Below, in pieces: positions 53,149 to 64,000 of a stretch of DNA of 64,000 nt; position 1 is the first letter of the stretch, and every line of letters starts with the position of its first letter. The stretch lies in contig NW_027266273.1 in NCBI RefSeq assembly GCF_022045235.1, positions 27,838,001 through 27,902,000 on the forward strand, read 5' to 3'. A model generated the notes under the pieces. That model made no database searches and was not told where the DNA came from. It saw only the letters and a list, made by a program, of their open reading frames with translations. The DNA comes from Haliotis cracherodii (lineage: Eukaryota). Made by a program: the position numbers and the translations under genes.

Positions 53149-54640
53149 GTAAGTCCAAGATGTTGCGGAAGGACACTTTGTTGTTTTGATGCACAGAATG
53201 CCAGCTGTTAGACTCTAGCGCTGTCGCGGAGACCGTGTTCTGGCGATCTGTAAAGGTGTGGTGATGTCTGTATTTTGCTGTCAGTGTTGTCGTGATCCTA
53301 GTGTCATCGCCTTGCAGTTGACACTGTGTGTGTCGTAATTCTCGGCTGAACGATCACATGTATCCGTGACTGTTCTTTATTATGTAAATTTGTTCCGATC
53401 AATTCCGATCAATTCTAATCAATCAGAAATCAAATCAACATGAACAATGTCACTCCCCTCCCAGCATTTTAACAATATTTGTGAAGTTTCTATCGATAAT
53501 ATATTTTAGAATAGCATTGCCTGGATCATAAGCAACTGTCATTTATAATCAACTGATTGACTAGCGTTGTATCTTTCATTGTACGTACCCTGTGGCCAGC
53601 ATGGTCAGATTCTAGTCAATCAAGCAAGTTATAAGTATTGCCATCTGGTAGTCGCAGTACCATGGAAGACCAGCCAGACTTAAAAAGTGATCTGACAGAT
53701 TGGAATCTAAGTCCAAGCTCACCTCAACACCAGAACAACACTGGTTTGTGTGCAGCAATGTCTGATCACACAGGCTATGTGACAACATTGGCATGCTTAG
53801 ATTTTTATGTTGCATCAAACTTTCCATGGAAGATGTTGTGGAACGTGTTTGACGAGAGGTGCCAACACACCTAGCCATGTCACAGTATTTCCTACGTTAA
53901 CCATCCTCCATTGGGTCTGTTCGTGCACTTATATGATAATAACAACAATATCTCAGGTAGACTTTCCACAAGTAACACTATCTGATCATGTCCTATTAGT
54001 TTAGGGGAGGTAACTCCATAATGAAATGGTTCACTCTGATTTCAATGCACTCTTCACATTGACTGTTTTGATTATTCTTGTGAGGTAATTGTTTGCGTTG
54101 TGATTAGGAAAAAGAAGTTGACAAAGTAGATCAATTCGGGACACACTTACTGCAGATGAGTAATGTTTACTTATATTTTATATAACAACTAACAACAAGC
54201 TTGTTATTTGATAATGACACCATATGCTCATAATATTCATGAACACTAGGGCTTTTACGATTCACTCGTGTATTTAGTGAATCAAACCGTATTCCTTCAT
54301 GAATTGAATTACGGTAGTTATTTGTGGTCACAAGAATCAAATATTTACGAAAAAAATTAAAGAGAGTGTTTTTATACTACAATTATCCATAAGAACTATT
54401 TATATGCATACATAGATTTCTTCAAAGTCAACACACTTATATATTTAATTTGACAGAAATTTATTTACTGGTCACTGTCACATTCTAGCAGCTACTAGTA
54501 CCTGGATAAGTGAAGTATATAAATGTAGGCTAGTGGCTATCTTCAGCATGATAGTGAAGCAGTCGTTGAGATAGCTAATGCTAAAAGTTAATGATGAATG
54601 GGGTCACTGGAATCAAATACCTCAGGAACCCCAAGCCCCC

Positions 54641-54791
54641 GAGGCGGTGGGGTAGCCTCATGGTTAAAGCATTCGCTTGGCACGCCGAAGACCCTGGCTC
54701 GATTCCCCACATGGGTACAATGTGTGAAGCTCCTTTTGGTGTCCCCCTGGCGTGATATTGCTGAAAGCGGCGTAAAACCATACTCACTCAC
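54641..54791 (+). mobile_element. tRNA-derived SINE, family A
   Basis: Same consensus as 15338-15503, flanked by the direct repeat CCCAAGCCCC. Confidence 0.85.
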
Positions 54792-55105
54792 CCAAGCCCC
54801 TTCCTCCTCCCCCCTATTTCAAACTCTGCACTCCTCCTGAATTGTAATGTTTGTCATGAATTATGACTGTGTGTCCCAGTCGTCCTTTTTTGGGAAATTC
54901 ATGTGACACAACCTTCAACGCTCACGATGCCCTTGTCATTGAACTACCCTACCTGTAAAGCGGTCTTTCTAATAATCAAGTCCAGACCACCCTCATAAAG
55001 GCATGTGAACAAGGTGTTCGACCTTGGGGCAGAAGGTCTGCAGTTGGAATTCCATCACAGGAATTGGACATTTTATGGCCGTGTCAAACATGTTTGCACT
55101 GGCAA

Positions 55106-56142
55106 CAGAGCTTGAGATAAGCTGCGTATTAGCGTGAAATAATCATTAAATCAACTGAAATACGCAAACAAATCAAATCCTAGCGTATCAAATACTATAA
55201 ATATGCTATTGAAATATTATTAATGCATATATTATAACTATTAGATAAAATGATTGTGTATATATACAACAGTTAGATAAAATGATTGTTTATCAGCTGA
55301 TTGCCAAATTCACTTACTGACAGTCAAATTCGGAATAGATTCTGTGACAAACTTACTGGTAGGTGCCAATTGAAAAGCATGTCGTGCCTAGTCAATGGAC
55401 ATGTTGTATCTTAATTAGTCGGTATACGACTATTCACATAGTTTGAAATGATTTACAGGGAATGTTACGAAACAGGTTTTAAGTCTCAAATGTCAAGAAA
55501 CAGATGGGTAAAAAAATTTGAATACCCTCTAAAAATCAAACCCTGGGTAAAATACCCAAATAACCAAAAGCTTATCTATAGCTCTGGCAGAATGAAAATG
55601 GTTGTCAGAGTATGTTGTATTCCACTTTTAATTGCTTTAAGGGTCAGCAGAATCTTTCAGACAATTAAAAAAACAGTTACACCTGATTACTTGGATGGAT
55701 TCATACACCTTGCAGAGCTCCAGATAACTTTTTGAGCAATTGAATTTTTACTCTCTGGTTTCGATTTTAATTGGGTTATTACACTTTTCATTGGGTAACC
55801 AATATTTTTTCACTCATCTATTCATCACTCTATTGGGTTTTTCACAAATTAATGAACATTTTAAGATTTTTTAAAAATAAAATAATGTTTTAGATGTATT
55901 TAACTGTTGTACATATATATGCTTGACTCGGAAAGTAAATTAGCTCGTAATTGTGTTTCAGAAATGAGCTCATTTTTACACATGCTGGAAAAGCTTCACT
56001 GGGTATTTACTTGTGCTGCTTTATGCATTTAAATGTTTAATTTCATTCATGCGTTTCTGCACGCAAGTTAATTGAAAGTAATTGGGTTTTGAATATTTTT
56101 GGGAGGTATTTTACGCAAATACGCTGCTTATCTGCAGCTCTG
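55106..56142. mobile_element. Two adjacent MITEs of the CAGAGCT..AGATAA family (55106-55586 and about 55712-56142)
   Basis: Both are bounded by CAGAGCTnnAGATAA and TTATCTnnAGCTCTG. Homologous to 59219-59773 and 8662-9081 respectively. Confidence 0.8.
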
Positions 56143-58703
56143 ACCCTGCTTAATTGAAGACATCATCTGGAAATCAAGATGGTTTGAAAGTTTTGTGATC
56201 AGACCAATTGTACAGTGAAGCTTGTGCAGACAGCAGGGGTTGATTTACCTGCTGGCCCGTCATCCCGTAGCCGGTTAAAATTACAAAGGGCTTGCTGAAA
56301 TGCAAAGTAGATGACCGACCTTGCTAGTCAAAGTTTCACATCTTCTCTTTGTATGTTACACTTTTTTAAAATTTGAACATCTCGGTAGAATAACAACCAG
56401 CCACCATTTCGTAGTTTTACAACAACATCTTTATTTGCTCATAAATCACCACAAAATGAGACAAGTGAAAGACAAGGGTAACAAGAGTTTGCCACTAAGG
56501 TGGCTATATCCCCCGCCCCTGTTGCAGAATTTATGACATAATTAAATCTAAACAAACCCTAACCTTTTTTAACCGAGGTGGAATTTGTCATGGAAATTGT
56601 AAAAAAAAGATGAGTTTGAAACCTAAGTCCATCTTGTTGCCATGGAAACGTAAAAAATAAAAATGTCTAAAATTTCTTAATAGCAAAAGGCACCAGTTCA
56701 GCATGTACCTGACAGACCTGCAAAGTTTGAAGAAATATTGAACGGTTTATGAGTTATGCTCCGGAAACGAACCCTACCCTCACAGAACCTAAGTCCATCT
56801 TATTGCAAAAGTTGCAATGGCTTACTGAAACAAACAGTAGTTATTTGAAGTGTGCATTGTATTCATCAATCATTTCAAAAAATGTTTTTAGGTGTTTGTG
56901 TTACATGGAAAAAAATATATCCTTACAATTTTTGTTGTTGTTGTAAACAATATACCTTTTGAAAAATGGTTTAGTGAAATCAACATCCTGACTTAGTTTT
57001 GAAGGGAGGTTGACTTTTATATTGCTTACTGATTGTGCATGTCTGTTTGTTTATACCAGTTGTCACCAGATTTACTTCATAAGCTATTGAACTGTGATCA
57101 GTTTATATGGAAAATGTCTGCCACAAGTCAAACAGGTGAAAAACTAGGAAATTCAGTGATTTTGACACAAAACGCTGTGTGGACGCAAGAAATATAAGTC
57201 AATGGCCAAAGTCAGTAAGTAAAATACACATAAATGGCGCATGCAGTAAAATTTTAAGGTTAAATCAGTACTTTAAAATATCGGTCATAGCTTCCATGCA
57301 CCCGGCTACCCATAAACGTCACCCCCCATCCCCCAGACACAAGCACAACTGTCACAAGGGTGCAATGTCTGACCTTTTCCCCATGTTGAAGCATGAAAAA
57401 AACCTTACATTTTACTTCCTTACCCTTTTTGAAAAAACCCAAACCAACATTTCAAACTTTAAGACATAAAACATCTAACATGTATATCCCTGTGTTCGGA
57501 CCTTAAAGAAACATTCATAGTTTTCTCGCTAATCACATGAACAACTGTAAAACATCTCACTCTCTTATAAAAGACTACTTTATCTTAAGGACAAGCCATC
57601 ATCTGAATGTTTGTAATTTCTGTGTGACATCGTTATAGTGCAAGTATTTGTGATAGAAAACATATGATGTCTGAAAACCTATGATCCGCTGATAATATTG
57701 TGTTATGAACAAACATAGAGCCATGAAAGGCATAACGCTGAAAAATCTGATTGAAAAGAGGACAACATGTGTACTGTGCATTCTCAGAATGACACAAAAC
57801 TTTACGAGACATTGAGAGCATTTTATTGGTCATTAAAATCGACACCGTAAGTAGGAATAATCCTTACTACATGTGTATTTACTTTTTAATCATAAAATTA
57901 CGAAACATGTGACACCTTGCTTAGCATTTCTATTGGTCAAATTCCCACAACTTAACAAACCATCTGTCAAATTGAAAACATCTGGGTTAGAATAGGTCTT
58001 CAGCAACCCACGTTGGTTGTAAAAGGCAACTATGCATGTCGTAAGAGGCGACTAACAGGATCGGGTGGTCAGGTTCGCTGACTTGGTTGATGTATGTCAT
58101 CAGGGACCAATTATTTACAGACCCCCGTCCTATAGCTAGAATATTGCTGAGTGCGGCATTGAACAACAAACTAACTAAGCTTGTTAGGGGCAACTATGAT
58201 GGATTTGGTGGTCAAACTAATGACTTCGATGTTTTGTACACAACAGCTTGGTATGCTCATAACATCAACCACTGGCTTGTCTTGCCAAGACTTCATATTT
58301 TACAGGCTACCATGTTGTCAGGGTTAGAACAACAACTCATAAGCTTTACTACTCAAGGTGAGAAATACTGTACGATCTGATACATATGACGATACCTTGC
58401 CTACAATCCGATACGTATCACGATACATGCATGTGCTCTTATCTGTGCGCCGAAGACCCGGGATCGATTCCCCACATGGGTACAAAGTGAGAAGCCCATT
58501 TCTGGTGTACCCCGCCGTGATATTGCTGGAATATTGCTTAAAGCGGCATAAAACCATACTCACTCACTCTTATCTGTGGTGTGGAAGCCATCTTTTTCAT
58601 AGACAGGATGACCAAATACCTTGCACACTGACGTTTTACAGTTGGCAGTGTCTAGTATGACGCAATGGATGAAAATATTACGTTTTACCACTAATGTGCA
58701 CTA

Positions 58704-59004
58704 TTCCCGTTTACGACGTAATAAGCGCCCAGAACGCTCTCAAAATTAGTTGAAAGATAAATTTTGTGGTTTATGCTGACAGCCTGAAATGTTATATACG
58801 ACAGATATATTTTTCCAGAATTTAATTGCCCATGATTAAGTGTGCATATAACACACAAGTGCGTATTATACACGAATAAATAAATCTTGTATACATTGAT
58901 CAATCGGAAGCTGTGCTAATTGAGATTGTTCAATAGCAAATATATCAGCAAGTAATGCTGTGGGCGCTTATTAGTGCGGGGCGCTTATTACATCGAATAC
59001 GGTA
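58704..59004. mobile_element. pogo-like MITE
   Basis: CCGTTTACGACGTAATAAGCGCCC pairs with GGGCGCTTATTACATCGAATACGG. Confidence 0.65.
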
Positions 59005-59218
59005 ATTAGTGTTTGGTGTAACAGATATTTAAGCAGACAGTTAAGGTGAGAATCAATATTTATTGCTTTGTGTGTGACTGTGATCAATACTTGTATTGAG
59101 AAGTAAAATATCGCGATCCGTTGATACATAGGTGCATCATCCCACTACTTGCCCACAGTAACATCCAAACAGTTAACAGTTATGTGGGAGACAAGGTAAT
59201 GATTTCATTGTAATGCAT

Positions 59219-59773
59219 CAGAGCTCTAGATAAGCTTTTGCTTATTTGGGTATTTTACCCAGGGGTTTGATTTTGATTGGGTATCCACAATTTTTAGTCG
59301 GTATTCAAAAAATATTTACCCACCTGTTTCTTGACATTTGGGTATTTTAACTTGAAAACCTGTTTCCTAACAATCCCTTTAAATCATTTCGAACTATATG
59401 AATAGAAGTAATTTCGTCTGCGTCTGCGTGCGGCATCTTCTACGGGAAGTTGTTTTTGTTTGTAAAACCAAGCATTGTAAAAAAGGCACTATGTCTTTAA
59501 TCACCAATCAGCGACTGTTTAAAATACAACTTTTACATCATGTACATTGTGCGATGTGCTTTTCAATTGCCATCTATCAGTATGTTTCTTGCACAAGCTT
59601 TGTTGAATATTGGTTGATACACAATCATTTTATATAACAGTTGTTAGTATACACATTAATTTTATTTCAATAGCGTATTTATAGTTTTTCTTGCATATTT
59701 GATACCCTAGGTTTTGATTTGTCTATTTAATATATATTATTTTATGCAAATATGCAGCTTATCTCGAGCTCTG
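59219..59773. mobile_element. MITE of the CAGAGCT..AGATAA family
   Basis: CAGAGCTCTAGATAAGC ... GCTTATCTCGAGCTCTG; inverted homologue of 55106-55586. Confidence 0.8.
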
Positions 59774-59933
59774 ATGCTTCCATCATTCTAAGTATAGAAA
59801 TGCTCCAACGATTTGTGTGTGACCAGAAAGCATTACAGTAATCCAAGGTGATCTGTCTCGGTGTACATTAATGTATGAGCAGGTGCCCTCTCTATCATGA
59901 GTCTGTCTCAGTGACCCTGGGCCTTGGTTTACA

Positions 59934-62191
59934 ATGACAAGCCACCCATGTGGAGCTGCTTGGCTTGTGTGGAGCTGCATGGAGCCGTGTTACTCGGGAA
60001 TGGAGGGGCTCCTGTGGGGGTCTGCCCCCTGCAGTATGAAGCACCGTCTCAACTGGTGAGAAGGACACCCCATGCATGTCTGTCTGTCCAGGACACCCCA
60101 TGTATGTCTGTCTGTTCCAGGACACTCCATGTATGTATGTTTGTCTGTTCCAGGACACCCCATGTATGTATGTCTGTCTGTTCCAGGACACCCCATGTAT
60201 GTCTGTCTGTTCCAGGACACCCCATGTATGTATGTCTGTTCCAGGACACCCCATGTATGTATGTCTGTCTGTTCCAGGACACCTCATGCGCTGTCCTTCA
60301 CCTGGAATGACGAGACCGGGGCAGGGGCGGGAAAGAGGACCAAGACGTCCCACACCAGCTCCCACTCCACTACCAGCACCACCAACACCACCAGCCTCAG
60401 CTCCTGGGACATCGACGGGGGACTTGCTGCAGACTTTGACGGATCACTTTCAGGCCTGGGAACGGAGTTGGGGACCTCTAGCTACAACATGAGGTGGGAA
60501 GTCATAACATTACACTTATATTACTTTCCTAACTGAAGCCTAGTCCAAAAATGTTTGAGCCTCATAGCCCGAACATGGCTCTAGCATCTTTTGAGTTGAG
60601 TCTTTTGTTATCATATGGACTATTATAAGCTGAGCTTTCTGAAGCAGACAGAAATTTCTGAGGTTTCTGACTAGTGGTAGAAATTACAGATTGTAACTGC
60701 AGTTTTATTTTATTTATTTATTCAGGCATAAAATTATTTGCTTACACCAAACATGATGAATTCAAACATGTCAATAAGATGTTTTCCTGCAGTGGAATCA
60801 GTCAAACCCTCATCTGGATTTCTGTATATTTTGGTATTTATTATGTAATCAAGTGAAAACTGTCTCATTCGGAATTTTCACACTGCAGAGTCCACAAGTA
60901 AAATGTTGAACAATAGACATAAAAAACTGTAAAACGTGAAATTAATGCGTCTCCAAAAGAATCCGACCGCTAGCCCCTAGCCAAAAATGCGACTCAATAT
61001 AAATGCGACACCCCCTCCTCTCAAGCATCAGTTGATTTATATCTAAACAAAATGTCCTCTGTCAGGTTTACAGGAGAATCCTCACCTTAATCCAACCTTA
61101 CATTAATCAAATCACACACCAAATAGCACCGCGTATTAGCGCTGAGTAGAGCACTTCAGCTAAAACAATACGTGCGCGCTTGCTCGTGTCGGCCTTTGAT
61201 GCAGTCGCAAAGAACAAACACACCGTGTTGGGTGGCGTTTGTCTGGACTTGCAGGTGTGATCAGTGATGACATGAGTGAGTAGAATGCTTGTCTTGACCC
61301 CAGCAGTGACAATTCACAGGATTAATTAATAATTAATAATTAGTGTTTGAATGACATTGTTTATAGACTTGTAACACGTGCTGCTCAATAAACAGTGATG
61401 TGGAATACATAGTTGTTTGTTTTCAGCGTATGTCTAAGTTGGTATTTCTGCTATCCAAAATGTCTTATTGTTGATATATAAATGCGATGTTTTATAATGC
61501 GAGCAAAGACCACTCGCATTTTTCGCATTTAATACACGCTCGCGTTAATATCAAGATTTACAGTATGTCATGCAATGGGCAGCTGGGTGCTCCCTTATCT
61601 GGATGAGCTTGACCAGTTATGTAAGTTGTCAGACAAATCTCACGCCTGCCATATCAGCTGAACAGACCAAAGCGATCTTAGCCCTAAGATCGTAACTCTC
61701 ATACCTTAACACAGACTTACGACAGTCGTAGCGCAAAGGTTGTTTTGTACAACAGCACACTGGTGTTTGCAGCAGAGACTGGTACTCCTGAGAATGGCCT
61801 TCACTCAGCGGTAACGCTGCATTGGTGATAGGGGCAGTTGGTAGCCTAAGGGGCAGTGGTTAAAGCATTCCACATATGTGTGAAGCTCATTTCTTGTGTT
61901 TTGGGTGCTGTGATATTGCTGGAATAATGCTGAATGGTGTCAAACCATACTCACTCACCCATTGATGATAGAACGGTATTCAAGCCGTGAGTCTAGTAAC
62001 ATAAATTTTCTTGTTTGAGGATAACTGAGAGCAGTTTCTAGAATGATGTTCGCAATCACACATACATGTACAGTCCATGTTAACACAGCTGCATTTGAAC
62101 AAGAAAAGCAACTCACACTAAAGAATGATTTCTGTTACAGCGAAGCTCTCCTGGCTCTTCCAGTGTTTAAACAAGAAAATCTTGAAAGCGG
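59934..62191 (+). CDS. TFCP2: CP2/LSF-family transcription factor (TFCP2/UBP1/gemini-like), N-terminal exons; gene continues beyond the right edge
   Basis: Exons 59934-60055, 60278-60493 and 62141-62191 (all phase 2) give ...[42 protein letters not shown], matching the TFCP2/UBP1 N-terminal motif (GLVQDFDASLSGIGQELG...YSMSDVLALPIFKQE as recalled). The start ATG is uncertain; 59934 is the first ATG after an in-frame stop. Confidence 0.85.
60063..60289 (+). repeat. 28-33-bp minisatellite, 7 copies, forming almost the whole TFCP2-like intron and copying its acceptor
   Basis: Unit GACACCCCATG(TATG)nTCTGTCTGTTCCAG; the exon begins GACACCTCATGC. Confidence 0.93.
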
Positions 62192-62254
62192 GTAAGTCGT
62201 AAAGTAATTCTGTATCACAAGTTCCTAGTTCACTAGTACTTTTGATTGTAATAT

Positions 62255-62781
62255 GTTTCTCCCTGCCATGATAGGGGTGGATTAATCATCGGTTTCTCCC
62301 TGCCATGGTAGGGATGGAATAATCATCGGTTTCTCCCTGCCGTGATAGGGATGGAATAATCATCGGTTTCTCCCTGCCATGGTAGGGGTTGAATAATCAT
62401 CGGTTTCTCCCTGCCATGTTAGGGATGGAATAATCATCGGTTTCTCCCTGCCGTGATAGGGATGGAATAATCATCGGTTTCTCCCTGCCATGGTAGGGGT
62501 TGAATAATCATCGGTTTCTCCCTGCCATGATAGGGATGGAATAATCATCGGTTTCTCCCTGCCGTGATAGGGATGGAATAATCATCGGTTTCTCCCTGCC
62601 ATGGTAGGGGTTGAATAATCATCGGTTTCTCCCTGCCATGGTAGGGGTTGAATAATCATGTTTCTCTTTGCCGTGATAGGGATGGAATAATCATCAGTTT
62701 CTCCCTGCCATGTTAGGGATGGAATAATCATCGGTTTCTCCCTGCCGTGATAGGGATGGAATAATCATTGGTTTCTCCCTG
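62255..62781. repeat. 37-bp minisatellite, about 14 copies, starting about 63 nt after a TFCP2-like donor
   Basis: Unit GTTTCTCCCTGCCATGATAGGGATGGAATAATCATCG. Confidence 0.95.
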
Positions 62782-63291
62782 TCTTGATAAGGGTAGACTA
62801 TTGCTACGAGCAGGTCCTGTCTAGGTTTGAGGTTGCAATGATGAGTAGAGTAAGCATGAACTGTTACATTGATCTACATGAGATTAAGATCAAACTTGGT
62901 ACATATCAACCTGTTTCTCAGTGAAATTATGTATCAATCATCCTTTAGTTGGGTATGTAGTCTGAAAAGTTCTTGAGTGTATAAGGTCAAGGTTAGTGAA
63001 GGTTAAAAGTAAATCATGTGTGCCAGTTTTGCTGTTGAATTTCACATAGGGATATCCTGCTTTGTTATCTGTTGTATCCCTGAGGAATGTTCTTACCATA
63101 CAGGGACATTCAAACTTGCCTTCAAGAATTTTACTGTGAAGTATTTTTCTCTTGGTAGGTGAAACTTGCAACTTAAGTAGGAAGGATTTGACTTACTTTC
63201 ACGGAAACTTTGTCACTGTCAAAAGACGGAATGTGCATGAATTTTCTTATCAAAGCAGCTTGAAGTGTTGGGTCTTTCTGTTTTTGTTGGG

Positions 63292-63592
63292 GGGCACGGG
63301 TGCCCCAGTCGTATAACGTGCTGTGATTCGCTGAGCAGAGTTGCATCCCTTTGGCACGCCAGGAACCTATGATTGTGGGTTCGAATCCTGGTTTGCCCCG
63401 ATTATATTTCTAGGTTTGTCAGCACCATACCTGTGTTTGTGGGTGTCACTGAAGTGGTAAACGTCTGAGACCTGCATCACTTCAGGCTTTCCTCCCACAT
63501 TAAGCTGACACACGGTTTTATAACTGGAATACTGTTAAAAGCAGCGTCAAACCCAACTCACTCACTCACTCACTCACTCACTTACTCACTTA
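63292..63592 (+). mobile_element. tRNA-derived SINE, family C
   Basis: B-box GGTTCGAATCC and (CACT)n tail; homologue at about 41105-41398. Confidence 0.75.
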
Positions 63593-64000
63593 CTTTCTGT
63601 TGTGAGAAGTCAGTAAACCATATGACGTTCATAGGCGTTGCAGTTCTAGTTTTAAGTTTCTGACCCACAGAGACCTGTGTAGTTAGGCTGTGTTTAATGT
63701 GAGGTTGTATCGTAGAAGAACACAGTTAGCGATATCAGAAGGAAGTGGTGGTATGTAATGATTGTTAAGGATTTAGAGAAATGGCAACAAATGATGAACT
63801 TTTGATTATTCTTTCCAACATGTTTCTATTAAGGATGGCTACAAAGATCAATAATTGGAATTATCGTCGATGGGAAGAAATATTAATGATTATGGATATG
63901 AAACTGTTGTCATTGATAATAACTCCCATAAACTATTTGTGATTAATAAAAGTTCAGATTTACCGAAACAGACTTCAATAATGTCAATTGTCAAAGACGG

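Noticed and set aside
53662-53743. ACCATGG-initiated ORF MEDQPDLKSDLTDWNLSP with a possible donor G|GTTTGT, as an alternative first coding exon of the TFCP2-like gene
   Set aside because: It ends in phase 1, whereas the visible downstream exons need phase 2. No recognisable homology; cannot be supported without transcripts.

Overview
AT-rich animal genomic DNA with spliceosomal introns. A mollusc, possibly an abalone-like gastropod, is inferred from the SINE style and protein divergence but is not provable here. Four genes were reconstructed by hand from GT-AG junctions with consistent phase: the 5' part of KANSL1 (minus, continues off the left edge), a complete 9-exon long-chain acyl-CoA dehydrogenase ACADL (minus, 444 aa), a complete 15-exon aspartyl aminopeptidase DNPEP (plus, 469 aa, head-to-head with ACADL), and the 5' part of a TFCP2/UBP1 (LSF/CP2, gemini-like) transcription factor (plus, continues off the right edge). 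Non-coding DNA holds several SINE families, many MITEs, a LINE fragment and a Penelope-like palindrome. The standout pattern is a set of about a dozen unrelated minisatellite arrays, almost all abutting exons. In five of them the repeat unit is a copy of the exon-intron junction itself, giving 7 to about 33 tandem copies of a splice site; four of these five carry an in-frame stop in the unit next to the exon. Most long ORFs in the ORF track are artefacts of these arrays.
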